This document shows positions 46,428-59,999 of a DNA stretch of 63,961 nucleotides, piece after piece (within the stretch, counting starts at the first letter, position 1; each line of letters starts with the position of its first letter). The translations under genes were made by a program, and so were the position numbers. The DNA comes from Carcharhinus longimanus (Eukaryota). The notes under the pieces are model-generated. The model saw only the letters and a list, made by a program, of their open reading frames with translations, did not search any database and was not told the origin of the DNA. Where the stretch lies: NCBI GenBank assembly GCA_030264375.1, contig JASCQW010000043.1:109702146-109766106 (forward strand), given 5' to 3'.

Positions 46428-46522
46428 TGCATGCACTAACTGGTCTTCAGGACTTTTTTTTAAGATTTATTTTGTACTAACTGTGCATTTATTTTACTCT
46501 TGTGAAGTGAACACATTGCATG
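46428..46522 (+). promoter_or_regulatory. Candidate intronic splicing elements downstream of meC
   Basis: TGCATG at 46428 and 46517; ACTAAC at 46435 and 46476. Confidence 0.55.
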
Positions 46523-47624
46523 GAATGAAACACTACCTGTTGATTTTAGGAAGAGTGCCTTCGGGAGTTACCCTGTGCATTGTAATTATTAGGATTAATT
46601 AACTTGATTGATACATGTATTTGCACACATACACACCCTGCCGCTTGTTTTGGCAAAGAGCTATGCACTGGTCCAATCAGTAGTGTTACAGGATGGTACA
46701 TTTTGCTCCAAGTGCATTTTTCTTTGCGGAGACCCTCAACTCCTCTGAAAAAGCTGATGTCTTGAGTAGGAATGCTCAATAAAAACGACACCAAATCTCT
46801 CTGGAATTCATCAGGTGGCTCTTATTTAACAAGAGATCCATGGGCTCTATGGAGAAGATGCACAGTCTGCAAAATGTCCAGTTTCATAAAGTATTTTCAA
46901 GGGCCTCCATTGTAAATGATCATCAATTATGTTTTCACCAGAAAATAAATCACCTTTTCTCACCTGGAAAGGTTACAATTGCATTTCACCACATTCTGCT
47001 TGGTATAAGTGTGCCAATTTCCTCATTGCACCAGATCCACACTACTCACAAAATACTGCAGTATCTGAAAACATGCAGTTCAAAACAAAGTGGCTCACTG
47101 TCCTTTCGCATTGAGCCTGTGTCACTTATGTGGCACATCACCACGTGTACAACGCTGCTCTGCCTATGTAGGTTGCAAGTGCAGCAGTTCCTAAAAGAAA
47201 GTTGTACTGCTATTTATTCGTAGTGGTTTTTAATTTTTTTTAGAATGTCTAATTTTTCATTCAGAGTGCACGATTTTGTGAGCAGTATCAACGGTTGCAG
47301 TCAGAGATGTGGAGGAATACAGTTCTAACCTTCTTCCAGCACCAGCTCTTTAAATCATTTCACTTCTGTCCACATCTCGACATCTTCAATTGTATTTGTC
47401 AGTTGAGCAGCTGACTGCTATCTGTAGCACTGAATGGTTGCTATATATCATTAATGCTTTGGCATCCTTTAGTCAGGAAGGTACCCTGGGGTATTTTTTG
47501 TCTGGCAGTAATCTGGCAGAGTGAATCGTCTACCCTTTATAGAACACGGAAAGCTTCTTTGTTCCAGTTAAATCAATGTTATAAAAATTAGACAAGTTTT
47601 AAAAAGGGCAGATGGTCCGCTCAT

Positions 47625-48460
47625 CCAGATTACTGTCCACACCCAACCTGACTAATCACTGCCCAGATTTACACCAACTGATCACTGCCCAGATCCACAC
47701 CAACTGATCGCCGCCCAGATCCGCACCAACTGATCGCCACCCGGATCCGCACCAACTGATCGCCACCCAGATCCACACCAACTGATCGCCGCCCANNNNN
47801 NNNNNNNNNNNNNNNNNNNNNNNNNNNNNNNNNNNNNNNNNNNNNNNNNNNNNNNNNNNNNNNNNNNNNNNNNNNNNNNNNNNNNNNNNNNNNNNNNNNN
47901 NNNNNNNNNNNNNNNNNNNNNNNNNNNNNNNNNNNNNNNNNNNNNNNNNNNNNNNNNNNNNNNNNNNNNNNNNNNNNNNNNNNNNNNNNNNNNNNNNNNN
48001 NNNNNNNNNNNNNNNNNNNNNNNNNNNNNNNNNNNNNNNNNNNNNNNNNNNNNNNNNNNNNNNNNNNNNNNNNNNNNNNNNNNNNNNNNNNNNNNNNNNN
48101 NNNNNNNNNNNNNNNNNNNNNNNNNNNNNNNNNNNNNNNNNNNNNNNNNNNNNNNNNNNNNNNNNNNNNNNNNNNNNNNNNNNNNNNNNNNNNNNNNNNN
48201 NNNNNNNNNNNNNNNNNNNNNNNNNNNNNNNNNNNNNNNNNNNNNNNNNNNNNNNNNNNNNNNNNNNNNNNNNNNNNGATCACCACCCAAATCTTCTACC
48301 GCTCACCACTCAGATCCACACAAACAGATCATTGTTCTGACCATACCAACTGATCACTGCCCAGATCCTCTCCAACTGATCACTGCCCAGATCCACTCCA
48401 ACTGATCACTGTCCAGATCCTCTCCAACTGATCACTGCCCAGATCCACACTGACCTATCA
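47625..48460. repeat. 26-bp minisatellite (consensus about CCAGATCCACACCAACTGATCRCYGC), centre unresolved (N at 47796-48277)
   Basis: At least 5 clear tandem units left of the gap and at least 4 right of it. Confidence 0.92.
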
Positions 48461-48954
48461 TCTCCCAGGCTGTGATATCAGAAGTTTAAATCTGAATTTT
48501 TATTTAGACAGATAAGACAGGTTACAATAAATTCTGTCTGTGCTGGTTGCTCTTTTAAAGAGTATAACAGTTCAAGATAATTGATTTCACAACTGCACAA
48601 ACACAGCATGTTAACCCTGAGTAACAGTTTTTATAGCAAAGTGTGAAGTGATGTCTATTGTCACAGTAAAATGAATTAATAATTAATATTTCTTTATACT
48701 TCCTAAATGAAATTCATTATTGGAATATTTGAAATGTACAGAAAATGCTGTGGAAGAAAGAGAAACGTTTTAAGCGTCTTTATAATACCTGTTAAACTTG
48801 AAAACAGAATAGATTAAATGTAGCACCCTACAATTTGCCTGGTTCCCATATTATTCAGAAGCCTGAATGAAAAGTGACTGATGGCCTAAAACTACAGAAG
48901 AGATTCTCATTGTCGTGCTTATTTCTTTTTGTTTTTTGCCTTTTTTGTGTACAG

Positions 48955-49072
48955 GAGATGATCATTTCTGGGCTCTTGCCTGAAACTACCTACTCTGTCA
49001 CTGTGACAGCTTACACAACAAAAGGAGATGGAGCTCGTAGCAGAGCCAAGCTTGTGGTAACCACTGGTGCAG
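48955..49072 (+). CDS. PTPRD: Coding exon, FN3 repeat 5 second part ([39 protein letters not shown])
   Basis: ttttttgtgtacag|GAG ... GCAG|gtgagc; 118 nt, phase 0-1. Confidence 0.95.
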
Positions 49073-51419
49073 GTGAGCGATTCCTGGAGATAATTATTGG
49101 GTTTCGGGCAATCGATCCATAACACCAACTAACGTCCAGATTTAAAACACCAGTTCCAACTATTTTAAATTCAAACTTTTAATACTAGGGCAGTTATTTC
49201 TGGAGTTCAGACTCCCCTGCAGCTCCCCCCTCCCCCCATCACCCCATGTGAAACAGCTGCGATCCATTCTGTCTGCTTCCTGTGCCAAAGCATCAACGTC
49301 AAGAATGGATTCACACAAATCCTGTCAGTTTTTATGGACAAGCTTGCTGTATCGTTCATGGACAGTAGCTGTGTAAGATAGCATACAAATGTGGCTTCTT
49401 TCACAAAATGATCAATACAAGCAACAAGAAATCCTAGTTCCCACCTCTGCCGGTCAAAACTGAATGATATCCTGTTTGGTTTTACTTGGCATCTAGAGTT
49501 TCCCCTTATTTGTGATGGCCTGCCTACATCTTCTATGATTCCATATGTATCCATTCAACACTATCTGGTTCATTGAGTAAGCAGAGACCAAAGCACTCAT
49601 TTGAGTTTCTGATATTCAAAAATGGATGGTATGATTTTTCACCACACAGATTAGACAGGCCTACCCAAAAGCTTTGCAGCTAACATCATCATCCCGACCT
49701 AATACGTTGTATTCAGCATAAACTTTTCCGCTATCTGTCTCATTAGTACTCTGGGCAATCCCGAATCAGCATGGTATCAGTGCAAATATTCAATGGAAGG
49801 CAGTGGGAATAGTTCTGACGGTTCACAGCCATGTAAGACGCGTGATTGTGATTTGATGGGCAGTTTTCAATCTCTCTTGATTTTCCTTTCTGTTGCTTTC
49901 AATTAAATGAACATTGGGAGTGATGTGCAACGGGGAATTGGTTCAATATCGCTTGTCTCCCAATATTGTGCAAAATCAAGTTTCCACCCAGTGCCTTAAC
50001 AGACATTTGGCCAGCGAGTGAATGACACATCTGCAGTCTAGGCAGATGAAAATGAGTACTTAAGTGTGGTGGGGGAGGCCTACAGGCCAGGGCGTGGGGG
50101 TATATGGGCTGCAGGGAGAAAAGTGTCGATAGATCTAGGAAAAGGTTGTGCCAGCATAACAGTACCAAGATTCAGCAGTGCCTCATGTTTTCTGATAATT
50201 GGGTGCAAAGCTGACAGTAAAACACCAATAAATCTCATTAACTGTGGGTGTTTATGCATGCATCCATATGTAGTGTCATTCTAGTGAGAGCAGATCATGC
50301 CTCTGATCTTACAGTCTTGAGAGCTGTGAACACCTGTTATCCATAAGTGCAGCTCAGAACTGGCAAGAACCTGAAGATATCCAGCCACAGCAGCGTAAAA
50401 TAGCTTTTCCTGCTGTTACGGTTCTCATGTGTCACATGTAAATTGGGACTTGGCATTCTAAATCTCCGTCTGGCCTAGTTGGGGGACGAGCAGCAGTGGA
50501 CTGCTCTCTGTACATGAGTCCACATCACTGGGGACCAGGGCTTGGAGAGTGTTGCATGGAGCAATCGCTTGGCTTTTAAGCTATTTTACAGGCTCCCTGG
50601 CTGCTTGTAACTTTTGCAATCTGGATGAGTCTGTGTGTTCCAAGTATTCATCGAATGTGAGAACGTGCAACTTTCATTCAACGATTTGAGGTGATTGCTC
50701 CTCCCAATTAGGCTTTACATTCACCAAGCGCCGCTAACTCTTAGTTGTTTGCTAGATTGGTTCCTGGACTTTGTGTTTGGTCCTAAGCTTAGTGAAAATG
50801 TCAGTCTGCAAGTGCACAATGAATGTAGTCTGTGAATGAGTATTGGTGGGGATATTAACCTGGTGTTGTCAGACTTCTTACAGGGGATATTGGGCCAGGG
50901 TCATTTTGACTCTCTCTTGCACAGTATTGTCCATGCCTGTGTGATCCTGCAGAGGGCGATTGCCATCGCTTGGTGTCTTCAGTGTTTTGCAGACATAACT
51001 AAGAATGTGACAATTATTTTTGATTTTATTTTATTGAAGTAATAATTCTGTTTAAATTCCTTTATTAGTTGTGTCTTTTCAAACAAGGATGGCATGTGTG
51101 AAAAATTCTGTTGATGATATGGGGACAACCCAGTGTTAATCTTTACGGATGTATTTAAAAATGCATACATGGCAGAATACATTGAAGATTCAGGCTTACA
51201 GCTGTTGGACTCTAAAGCATATTCCAAGAGTGAGGAATTATTGACAATTGTGACCAACAGAGGAGCAGTGTTAGAAGAGGAACTTAGGGAATTGAGTTAC
51301 TCCGCTGTGCCACATGGTGGCAAAATATTTAAGGATCTTCTCCAAGATGAAACCAACATCTTGTGGCTGTAAAGGACACACCTGCTGTTATCATAGTTAA
51401 AGACCAGTTAGCTGAACAT

Positions 51420-52730
51420 CTGTCAGAGGGAAAATGTTAGAAGCTATTATTGAAGACGTTACAGCGGAGCACTGTGATAAATTCAAGGTAATCAGTCAGC
51501 ATGGTTTTGTGAAATGTTTATCATGTTTAACCAATTTATTTGAGTTGTTTGAAGAAGTGCTGAATAAAGGGGAATGTGATGGGTGTATTGTACTTAGATT
51601 TCCAGAATGCATGAGATATGGTGCCATATCAAAGGTTACTGTGGAAAATAAGCTGATAGTGTAGGGAAAACCAATTGGCATGGGTGGAAGATTGGCTGGC
51701 TATCAGGAAACAGAGAATAGACTAGGTATTTTCCTGTTTGATGAGCTGTAACAAGTGGTGTGCCACAAGGATGAATGCTGGTTCTTCAACTTTTTGCAGT
51801 TTACATCAATGACTTGGGTGAGGGGGGCCAAAGGTATGGTGACTAAATTTGCTGAGGACAAGAAAAAGATAGGACAGTAAGCTGTGAGGAGGACATAAGG
51901 AGGGTAAAATGGGTTAAGAAAGATTAAGACAGTGAGCAAGATTTGATAAATGGAGTATAATGTGACACAATGTGAAAGTGTCCATTTTGGCATGAAGAAT
52001 AAAAAGGACATATATTAAATAAATAGTAAGAGACTGGAGAGGAATCTGGGTGTCACAGTGCACAGATTGTAAAATGTTAGAATGAAGGTAATTAGGAAAA
52101 GGATGGAATTATATTGTTTAATACAATGGGCATTGAATATAGAAGTAGAGAGTTTATGCCTCAGTTATACAGGACATTGGCAAAACCACATGTGGAATAC
52201 AGTGTACAGTATTCTTATTTAAAGAAGGATGTAAATGCATTGGAGCAGTTTAGAAGATTTACTGGACTACAACCTGCAACGGGATCCCACTCTAATCCTT
52301 GAGACTTGTCTTATGAGGAAAGGTTATTCAGGCTATACTTGTATCCACTAGAGTTTAGATGAAAAAGAGGCAACTTGATTGAAATGTGTAAAACCCTGAG
52401 GCGTCTTAACGGAGTGGATGTGAAGAGGAAGTTTCTTGTAAGAAAACCTAAAACCAGGGGTCACTGTTTAAAAATATGGGGTTGCCCCTTCGGACAGAGA
52501 TGAGAAGAAATTATTTCTCTCAGGTGGTGAGTCTTTAGAATTCTTTTTTCTCAAAAGGCAAAGAAAACAGTCTCTGAATATTTTTAATGCAGAGCCAGAT
52601 AGATGTTTGATGAACAAAGTGGTTAAAGATTGTCAGGAGTAGGTGGAAATGTAGAGTTGAGGTTACGAACAGATCAGACATGATCTTGTTGAAAAGCAAA
52701 GTGGGTTCAAAGAGGCAAATTGTCTGTTCT
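51420..52730 (+). mobile_element. CR1-clade LINE remnant, RT domain to 3' end
   Basis: SQHGFVKCLSCLTNLFELFEEV, SGVPQG, YINDL, KFAED and LYRTLAKPHVEYSVQY motifs, with many disruptions. Confidence 0.88.
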
Positions 52731-55369
52731 GGCATGGTCATATGCACTAAATGCACTTTTCACTTGATCAATTTGGAGTAATATTAGCCAGAAAACATGG
52801 TTCGTCTAAATGTATGTTGTGTGAGAGAATCAATATTTCTAGAGTTTTTTTTTGCCTGTGTTTGTACGATTTTGGCTCTTGAAGTGTGGGGAGGATGAAC
52901 TTTGGTTGACTGATGATTGTAATATTTAAGACACAGAATGTACATCTGACTCTGCTTCAGAAAGTTGGGTGGAACCATGTTGGGAGGTATTACCAGGTCA
53001 CACTGATTAGTTCAAGGGGCAGAATGAAGAGTAGCTCTTAAAGAAGCAAAGTCCAGGATCAGATACATGGTGCTGAATTATTGCCGTAAGCTTCATGTTG
53101 CAGAGGGAACAGCAGCTCGGGGTGAGCAGTGATTACTCTGCTGTGTCTGGAGCTGGAGGAGGCAGGAGAAGAGTGCTTGTTTCATGCTGCTGGTGAGATT
53201 GAGGTTAAAAGAAGCTCAAGGTACTTTTCAGCCCAATGACTCTGAAATAAACAGCAGCTGTTAGCTCTGTGAAGCTGGGCATTGGGGCAAAGGAAAGTCT
53301 GTGAGCAGTGGGTTTCTGCTCTGTAGCTGAGAGCTGGAATTGTGCTGATAACTAGATGCTGGGACACAGCCTTATCAATTCAGTGCGACACAGTCTCAGG
53401 AGAAGAGATTGACCAACTTGGAGGTGAGCAGTCATTGTTGCAGCCTGAGTTGGAGTAGCTTTTAAGGGAAATCTAGGGCTTGATCTTCAAAAGGCAGGAA
53501 CTAAAATCTCTGGAGGAAGAATTTTATGACTCACTGATATCTAGGTAGTGGGTTGCTGAGAAAATTTGGGGGACCTGTCTTGGTTTTAGTTTGCCATTTA
53601 ACATGTAGTTTGTGGTGTGCATGGCCACAATTCAGCTGTTAATTCATGTTTATCTCGTTAATTATGACTGTTTAGAGTATAAGATAAATTCTGTTGACTG
53701 TTTACTTTGCTGACTTTAAGTTCTTTTTTTTAAACAGTGGAACCTTGTGGCTTTATTTTCTTAGTAAGTACCTGGGACATGGAGGAGGTGGGGTTTGGAA
53801 GGGGCTAGCTTGGAGATGTCCGGAAGGCCAGCAGTCGGGGAATGGGGAGATAGGAGAGGCAGCGATGTGGAGCTGCGGGGCTGGCCAGCGATCGGGAGGC
53901 TGGCAGTGCAAAGCTACTGCACGTGTGCCGATCTCCGCTATGACAGATTGGTTCATGCGCAGTGGCCTGCTCAGCGCTATGCCGCCAGCCTCTCCAGCAG
54001 GAATAGGCCCCTCCCACTGATTTTCGTCGCAATTCACACTAGTGCACTCTGACACAGAGTGTAGGAGATTCATTTTGAAAATGCCGCTAAGAAAAAAAAG
54101 CGGGATTTACTCCAGTTTTTATGCCAGTTCAGCACTTGGAATATTTTTGTGGAGAATCCTGGGCCATGGTTCTTCAGAGGTAACAGGCTTATCAAGTTCC
54201 ACAGAACTGTGAGGCAATACAGTTGCAGAAATAATAACTGTATAATAACATCACTGAGGTGTCTCCAAATGTGTAGTTATGAAGGTTGAGAAACCCACAG
54301 TGATGACCATGGCTAACATCAACTCCAAAATGATCCATTCCTTCAACGAGTAGACAGCCTGAAGTAAGAACACAAAGATCCCAGGGTTTAATTGCACACT
54401 TCCATCATTTTATCTCATGCCACCTTAAGCACTGAATTAATGTTTCTGTATCATAAAGCATCCCAAGTATAATTGGACATAAAATTGTGATTGATTACTC
54501 TTTTGGCTAAATGCAGAGGAATAAAAAAAAATTCCTGTTCATTGGACATATAGAATCCTTGTATTTCCGCAATAGGTTAACATAAGACCAGCCAGCCAAT
54601 CAAATCACTCAAGCCTCTTCAACCTGGGTAATTACCATAAAATCAACCAATCAGGGAATCATTTTTGGTCATAATGACAGACATTAAATCTATCTTTATT
54701 TCTGCAGCCATGACAAAAAAGGGGTGGTATTAAATTAGTAGTGACATTTTCTTTGAAAAAGGTGCTGTTGTTTAAGACCTGTAAAGGCCTTGCTAATGAG
54801 TTTCAGTGGGAAATGCAGCAATTTGATACCTGGGAACTTTAAAACAACCAGATACAAATTAGTTTGCTTACTCAGCTGGACTTTATTCAACAAAGGACAG
54901 ATAAATTCTTCCACAGAGTAGCTGCTCAATGTGGATTTTCCTTTGTTTGTTGTCCTGTATTAGTTGATTCTGTATTATTAGTACTGTCTTGGAGCATAGC
55001 TTCACAGGGTATGTGCCCACACCCCAACCATTTAAGTATTCATCCTTTGAACAATACAATGCAGGTACGCTCGCTGCAGCTTAATCGGCTGAGAAGCTGG
55101 GCTTGTAACGCTTCAAACAACTGAGCAGTACAGTAAACTGTTGAAAAGTTCTAATGCAATGGCTAACTATGCGTGACACGAAATTATATTTATAACCCAG
55201 CTATTACGCAGAACTTACAGCATAGAAATAGACCATTCAGCCCAACTGCTCCACACAAGCTTGCTCCCACTCAGCTTCATCTAAACCTATCAGCATACCC
55301 TTCTATTATTTTGGCCCTCACATATTTATCAAGCTTCCCTTTAATTTTCCATGAGCATATTTTGTTAAA

Positions 55370-55710
55370 TATCTATTCATTCGTGGGATGTGGGCATCGC
55401 CGGATGGGCTGGCATTTATTGCCCATACCTGAGGGCATTTTAGAGTCAACCACATTGAGGTGGATGTGGAGTCACATATAGGCCAGACCGAGTAAGGACG
55501 GCAGATTTCCTTCCTTAAAGGACATTAGTGAACCACTTTTTACGACAGTTGATAATGGTTTCATTATTAGTCTTTTAATTCCAGGTTAATATTGAATTCA
55601 GATTTCACCTTCTACCATGTTGGGATTTGAACCCAGGTCCCCAGAGCATTACTCTGGGTCTCTGGTTTACTAGCCTAGTGACAATACCATTTCATTACCG
55701 CCTCCCCCAA
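55370..55710 (-). mobile_element. Second SINE family copy, inserted in a degraded minus-strand CR1 fragment (about 55215-55890)
   Basis: Reverse complement of head (ctagtgacaataccat...cctcccc), core (gtaaggacggcagatttcc) and tail. Confidence 0.78.
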
Positions 55711-56067
55711 TTACAGTATATGGTAGAGAGTTCCACATTCTCATAGAAGATATCTCTTTTGAATTTCTTAGTGGATTTATCAGTGACTAGTTTATATTTA
55801 TGAACTCTTGTTTTTTTTATTTTCGCCCAAGTGAAAACATCTTTCATCAAGCTCTTTCATCATTTTTGATACCTCAAGGTCCTCTCATTCATGGGAAATT
55901 GGAAATCCCATGGTTTGGATGTATAATTAAATTGTTAGTATTACAAGAGAAAGGAGACCTAGTAAGATAATAATTAAAATATAGTTCTCGATCCAAGTTA
56001 CTCAAGGACTGTGTACAATCTTTAAAACTTTATTTGTAGTTTTTTTTTTAAATTTAACGCTTAAGTT

Positions 56068-56362
56068 CATAGAATCCTCACAGTACAGAAGGAGGCCATT
56101 TGGCCCTTTGATTCTATACTGACCACAATCCCACCCAGACCCTATTCCCGTAACGTCACACATTTACCCTGCTAATCCCTCTAACACTATGGTCAATTTA
56201 GAATGGCCAATCCACCCTAACCCACACATCTTTAGACTGTGGCAGGCAATCCACAGAGACACGGGGAGAAAGTGCAAACTCTACACAGGCAGTGACCCAA
56301 GGCCAGAATTGAATCTGGGTTCGTGGTGCTGTGAGGCAGCAGTGCTAACCACTGTGCCACCA
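56068..56362 (-). mobile_element. HE1-like V-SINE
   Basis: catagaatcctcacagtacagaaggaggccatttggccc ... gtgaggcagcagtgctaaccactgtgccacc. Confidence 0.85.
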
Positions 56363-57007
56363 TTGGTCGCAAATATGAACAGTGTGAATCAGTTGCCATG
56401 AGCCAGACACCAATCATTCAGACTCATTGTTCTGCTGAATTCCTTCCAGCTTTTCACTCACAGGAGCTGGATTAACATTCTCAATTGTTACTTGGCCAGT
56501 TGAAAAGCTGTTTAGCAGCACAAGAGTCATGAAATGGCCATTATTATAGTCAAAACCCAATTTCTTCAGCTGAGACCAACAGAATCTAAGAGGAGCTCAG
56601 CCAGCAGTGACTTGAAGTAGTTAACATTTCCACAACAGGATGTACACCCCTCAAATTAGAAAACAAATCACTCAGTTACTTCACTTAATTCCCAAGCCAA
56701 CTTTTGCTTTGTCACGCGGGATATTCTGTGCAAGTAATAAAATGTAAAGTGTAACAGAACGCACAGCTCTAGAAAAAGAAAGAACAGCTAACCTTAACAT
56801 TGAAAATGGCCATAGAGATTGTTCCTGTGTAGGTTTCAGTCAGTAATGTCACCACTTTCAATTTGGATACTGAGAGCTTCTGACCACAGTGTATTACAAG
56901 GAAGGGGGGCTGGGAGCATAGTTTTCATCCTGCTTTATGGAGCAACAGAATTCAGAGTGCTGTCAGATGACAGTTGGGGAATGAGGACTCTTGTTAACAA
57001 ACTGTGT

Positions 57008-57160
57008 GGGCATGATCTTACTGCCCGTTCAGGCCACACCACCACCACCACCTCCTCCTCCTCCTCTCTCTCCCCCCCCCGCCGCCCCCGATGAAGAATT
57101 TGGTACTGCTGCGGGATGGGAAAACTCCCGCTGGCATGAACGGTTAGAAAATTCTGGCCC
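57008..57160 (-). mobile_element. Palindromic MITE-like element with an internal (CCA)n(CCT)n expansion
   Basis: Ends gggcatgatcttactgcccgttca / tgaacggttagaaaattctggccc. Confidence 0.7.
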
Positions 57161-58159
57161 TTGTCTGTATTAGAACAGGACAGAGATGTTGCATGGAATA
57201 ATAGATTTCCAGTTCTTTTGAAGAATTGTGATACTCAATGTAGCTAGGACAAGCTAGGTAGCTAGGACATTGACAAACAATGATGGAGTATGAACATCAA
57301 AATTAACACAGATACAAACCATTTCTTTTTCTTTCTGTCTGGGCCACTAAATAAAAATTCTGAACTAATTGTTTGGAATGAGAATTTTTTGCATGTTGCT
57401 GGGAGGAGCTGGTCTTTTATGTGGACAGCTGAGAGGAAGGAGGGAAGAATGAGTATTTAAATAAAATAAATGCATTTTGAGTGAACACTGAAAATGTACC
57501 ATGATTGCACATATTACAATGTAGATAATCAGGAACAAGTAGTTTTGGGGACAAGTAGGTTTCCTAAAATCTTAGTAAAGTTTAAAAGGAGCAAACTGCT
57601 ATGTAGTTCATAATGCACGTTTTATAGCTGAGACATTAATATTGGTGTTATCAAAAGATGAATACTTCGTTTATTGCTAATTAATGTTGGGGAATTCTTT
57701 AATTGTGTTAAATATGGTATATAACTGGTTATACCATCAGCCTATATGATGAGATTTATACTAGTTATGAAATATCGTAGATCAGTAGATTTACTATTTT
57801 GCAGTTACTGGTGAAAGGTAAATATGATAACTGCTCAGATAACGGAGAGAAACAGGAATAGGCCATTCAGGTCTGTATTTCAGTAAGACCATAACTGATC
57901 TTCCTCTTTGTTTCCTCTACCCTGTCTGCATATCCCTTAATTTACATAGTATCCAAAAATCTATTGATATGTGCCTTGAATTTGTTAGAGCAAAGAACAT
58001 TTGCCTAGACGTTGTTGGACCCCTTGAAATTTTCTTGTGGACCTTTAGAGGTCCTGGATCTTTAGTTGAGTGCACCTGCATTAAATGGTTCCTGAGACGA
58101 AAAGATTATCTTACATGGAGCAATTGAGTTGACTACACCTATGTCCTGTAGAATTTAGA

Positions 58160-58459
58160 TTTAGACTGAGGTTTTGCCAGATCTGGTGACACAAGAGGCA
58201 GACAAAACACAGATGCTTATGCCCTATTCCATAGTTAGTCTATTTCAAAGGCTATACTTAATGGACACCATTTCACATCAAGCATGATTGACTTACCACC
58301 TGCTCCAGGTGTATTGTAAGGATTTACAGGTTTATAATCATCTGCTTGGTTCGTATGAACACACCTTCCTTTACTATTGAGACCTGGGGTAGGACTCAAA
58401 TGCGGAACCTCTGGTTCAGAGTGCGAGACGCTACCCATTGTGCCAGAAGAATCCTTCCT
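58160..58459 (-). mobile_element. tRNA-headed SINE-like insertion with an 11-bp target-site duplication
   Basis: tagaatttaga at 58149-58159 and 58460-58470. The minus strand has A-box-like tggcacaatgggtagc and B-box-like tttgagtcc. Confidence 0.7.
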
Positions 58460-58550
58460 TAGAATTTAGAAACCATAGGATTTGACAGGGTAGATGCTTG
58501 AAGAATGTGTACTCTGGCTAGGAAATTGAGAATGAGAGATCAGTCTCAAA

Positions 58551-58892
58551 AGAACATAAGAAATAGGAGCAGGAGTAGGCCATCTCACCCTTCGAGCCTG
58601 CCCCGCCATTCAATAAGATCATGGCTNNNNNNNNNNNNNNNNNNNNNNNNNNNNNNNNNNNNNNNNNNNNNNNNNNNNNNNNNNNNNNNNNNNNNNNNNN
58701 NNNNNNNNNNNNNNNNNNNNNNNNNNTGATCTAAACTGCACCCCCCCCCCCCCCTTATTTTGAGACTGTGCCCTCTAGTTCTACTATCCTTTCTAAGCAG
58801 GAAGACTCTCTCCACCTCTACCCTACCCATCCCCTACCTCTACCCTATCCATCCCCTTCATTATCTTATAGGTCTCTATAAGATCCCCCGTC
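58551..58892 (-). mobile_element. Younger CR1-clade LINE 3' end nested in an older CR1 fragment
   Basis: Tail agaacataagaaataggagcaggagtaggccatc...ccttcgagcctgccccgccattcaataagatca matches 16931-17005 in reverse. Confidence 0.8.
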
Positions 58893-59999
58893 ACTGAGGA
58901 CTGAGGTGAGAATAAATTCCGTCACTCAAATGGTTGTTGAACCTTTGGGATTCTCCAACCAGCAGAAGTACAAATGTTTAGGGGACGATCTTACCTTCTA
59001 GTCCCACTGGTGGATGGGCGGGGTGAACCAGTAAGATTGTGAGAGAGGCAAAACATCAGGATTGTGACCCAGATATCTGGCGAGATCAGTCTCATGTCCA
59101 AGAAGGGCATGAGGCTGATTTCAGTACTTAAATATGATTTAAATATTTGTGAGCTCGGGACACAATTGTCATCCCCATCCACCCCCTGGGCTGGCCAAAG
59201 GGTGGGGGGGACTGATTGGCCAAGGAGGCCAACAGTTATATGTTGGGTGGGGGAAGGGGGAGGCGCACAGTATGCAGGTGGTGAAGATGACTGACAGATC
59301 TCTCTGTTCTGTGCAAGCTTTCTGGCGAGCTTGTGCCTCACCCCCTCCCCTACTGGCAGGAAACAGATTGTGCATTTTCCTTGCACAGAGTGGCACAAGA
59401 TTGGACTTGTGCCCTTGCCAAAATAAAACGGATCCGAAACTCTCCCATTTTCACACTTGTTCAGGAATTAGTTTTTTTTGGGAAGATTGCCCTTTAGTCT
59501 TTGAGTATATTCAAGGTAGCATTTGATAGATTTTTGAATGCTGAGGGAATGAAGGGTTATTGGCATTGTCACAATGCTCGAGTTGTGGTGGAAAGTCAGC
59601 ATCATCTTATTGAATGGGTGGCTGAATGACACACTGCCACCCCTGTTTCTGATATGAAAAACTACCAGATTTAATGACAGTGGTTAAATATTAAAAGCTG
59701 GATTCTGATTCCTGAATCGCTCGCAAGCAGTAGTCCTTCAGCAATGCTAGAAAATTGTAATTTTGTCTTAAAAGTTCAAATTATATTCTGAACTGTTGGA
59801 ACATTTGCCTTGATTTGATAGTTTAAACCTTTCAACTTAATTGGAGCTTCCTGACTTATTAATTGGTGGGTTTTTTTGGTCAATTCTTGACTATCAACGT
59901 AATTTGTAAAACCATATTTGAAGTAATTGTCTTAATCTTATTTGCACTAGTCCATATTTTCATCGGACCCAGAACCCTTAAGCCTTTTCAAAAGATTAT

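Noticed and set aside
47625-48460. CRISPR-like array, or the 202/205-aa repetitive ORFs
   Set aside because: Units are directly adjacent with no unique spacers, there are no cas genes and the context is a vertebrate intron. The ORFs are mostly Ns.
52978-54185. Solo LTR (TG...CA) interrupted by a GC-rich element
   Set aside because: No matching target-site duplication and no second copy in the window, so it cannot be supported without a library search.
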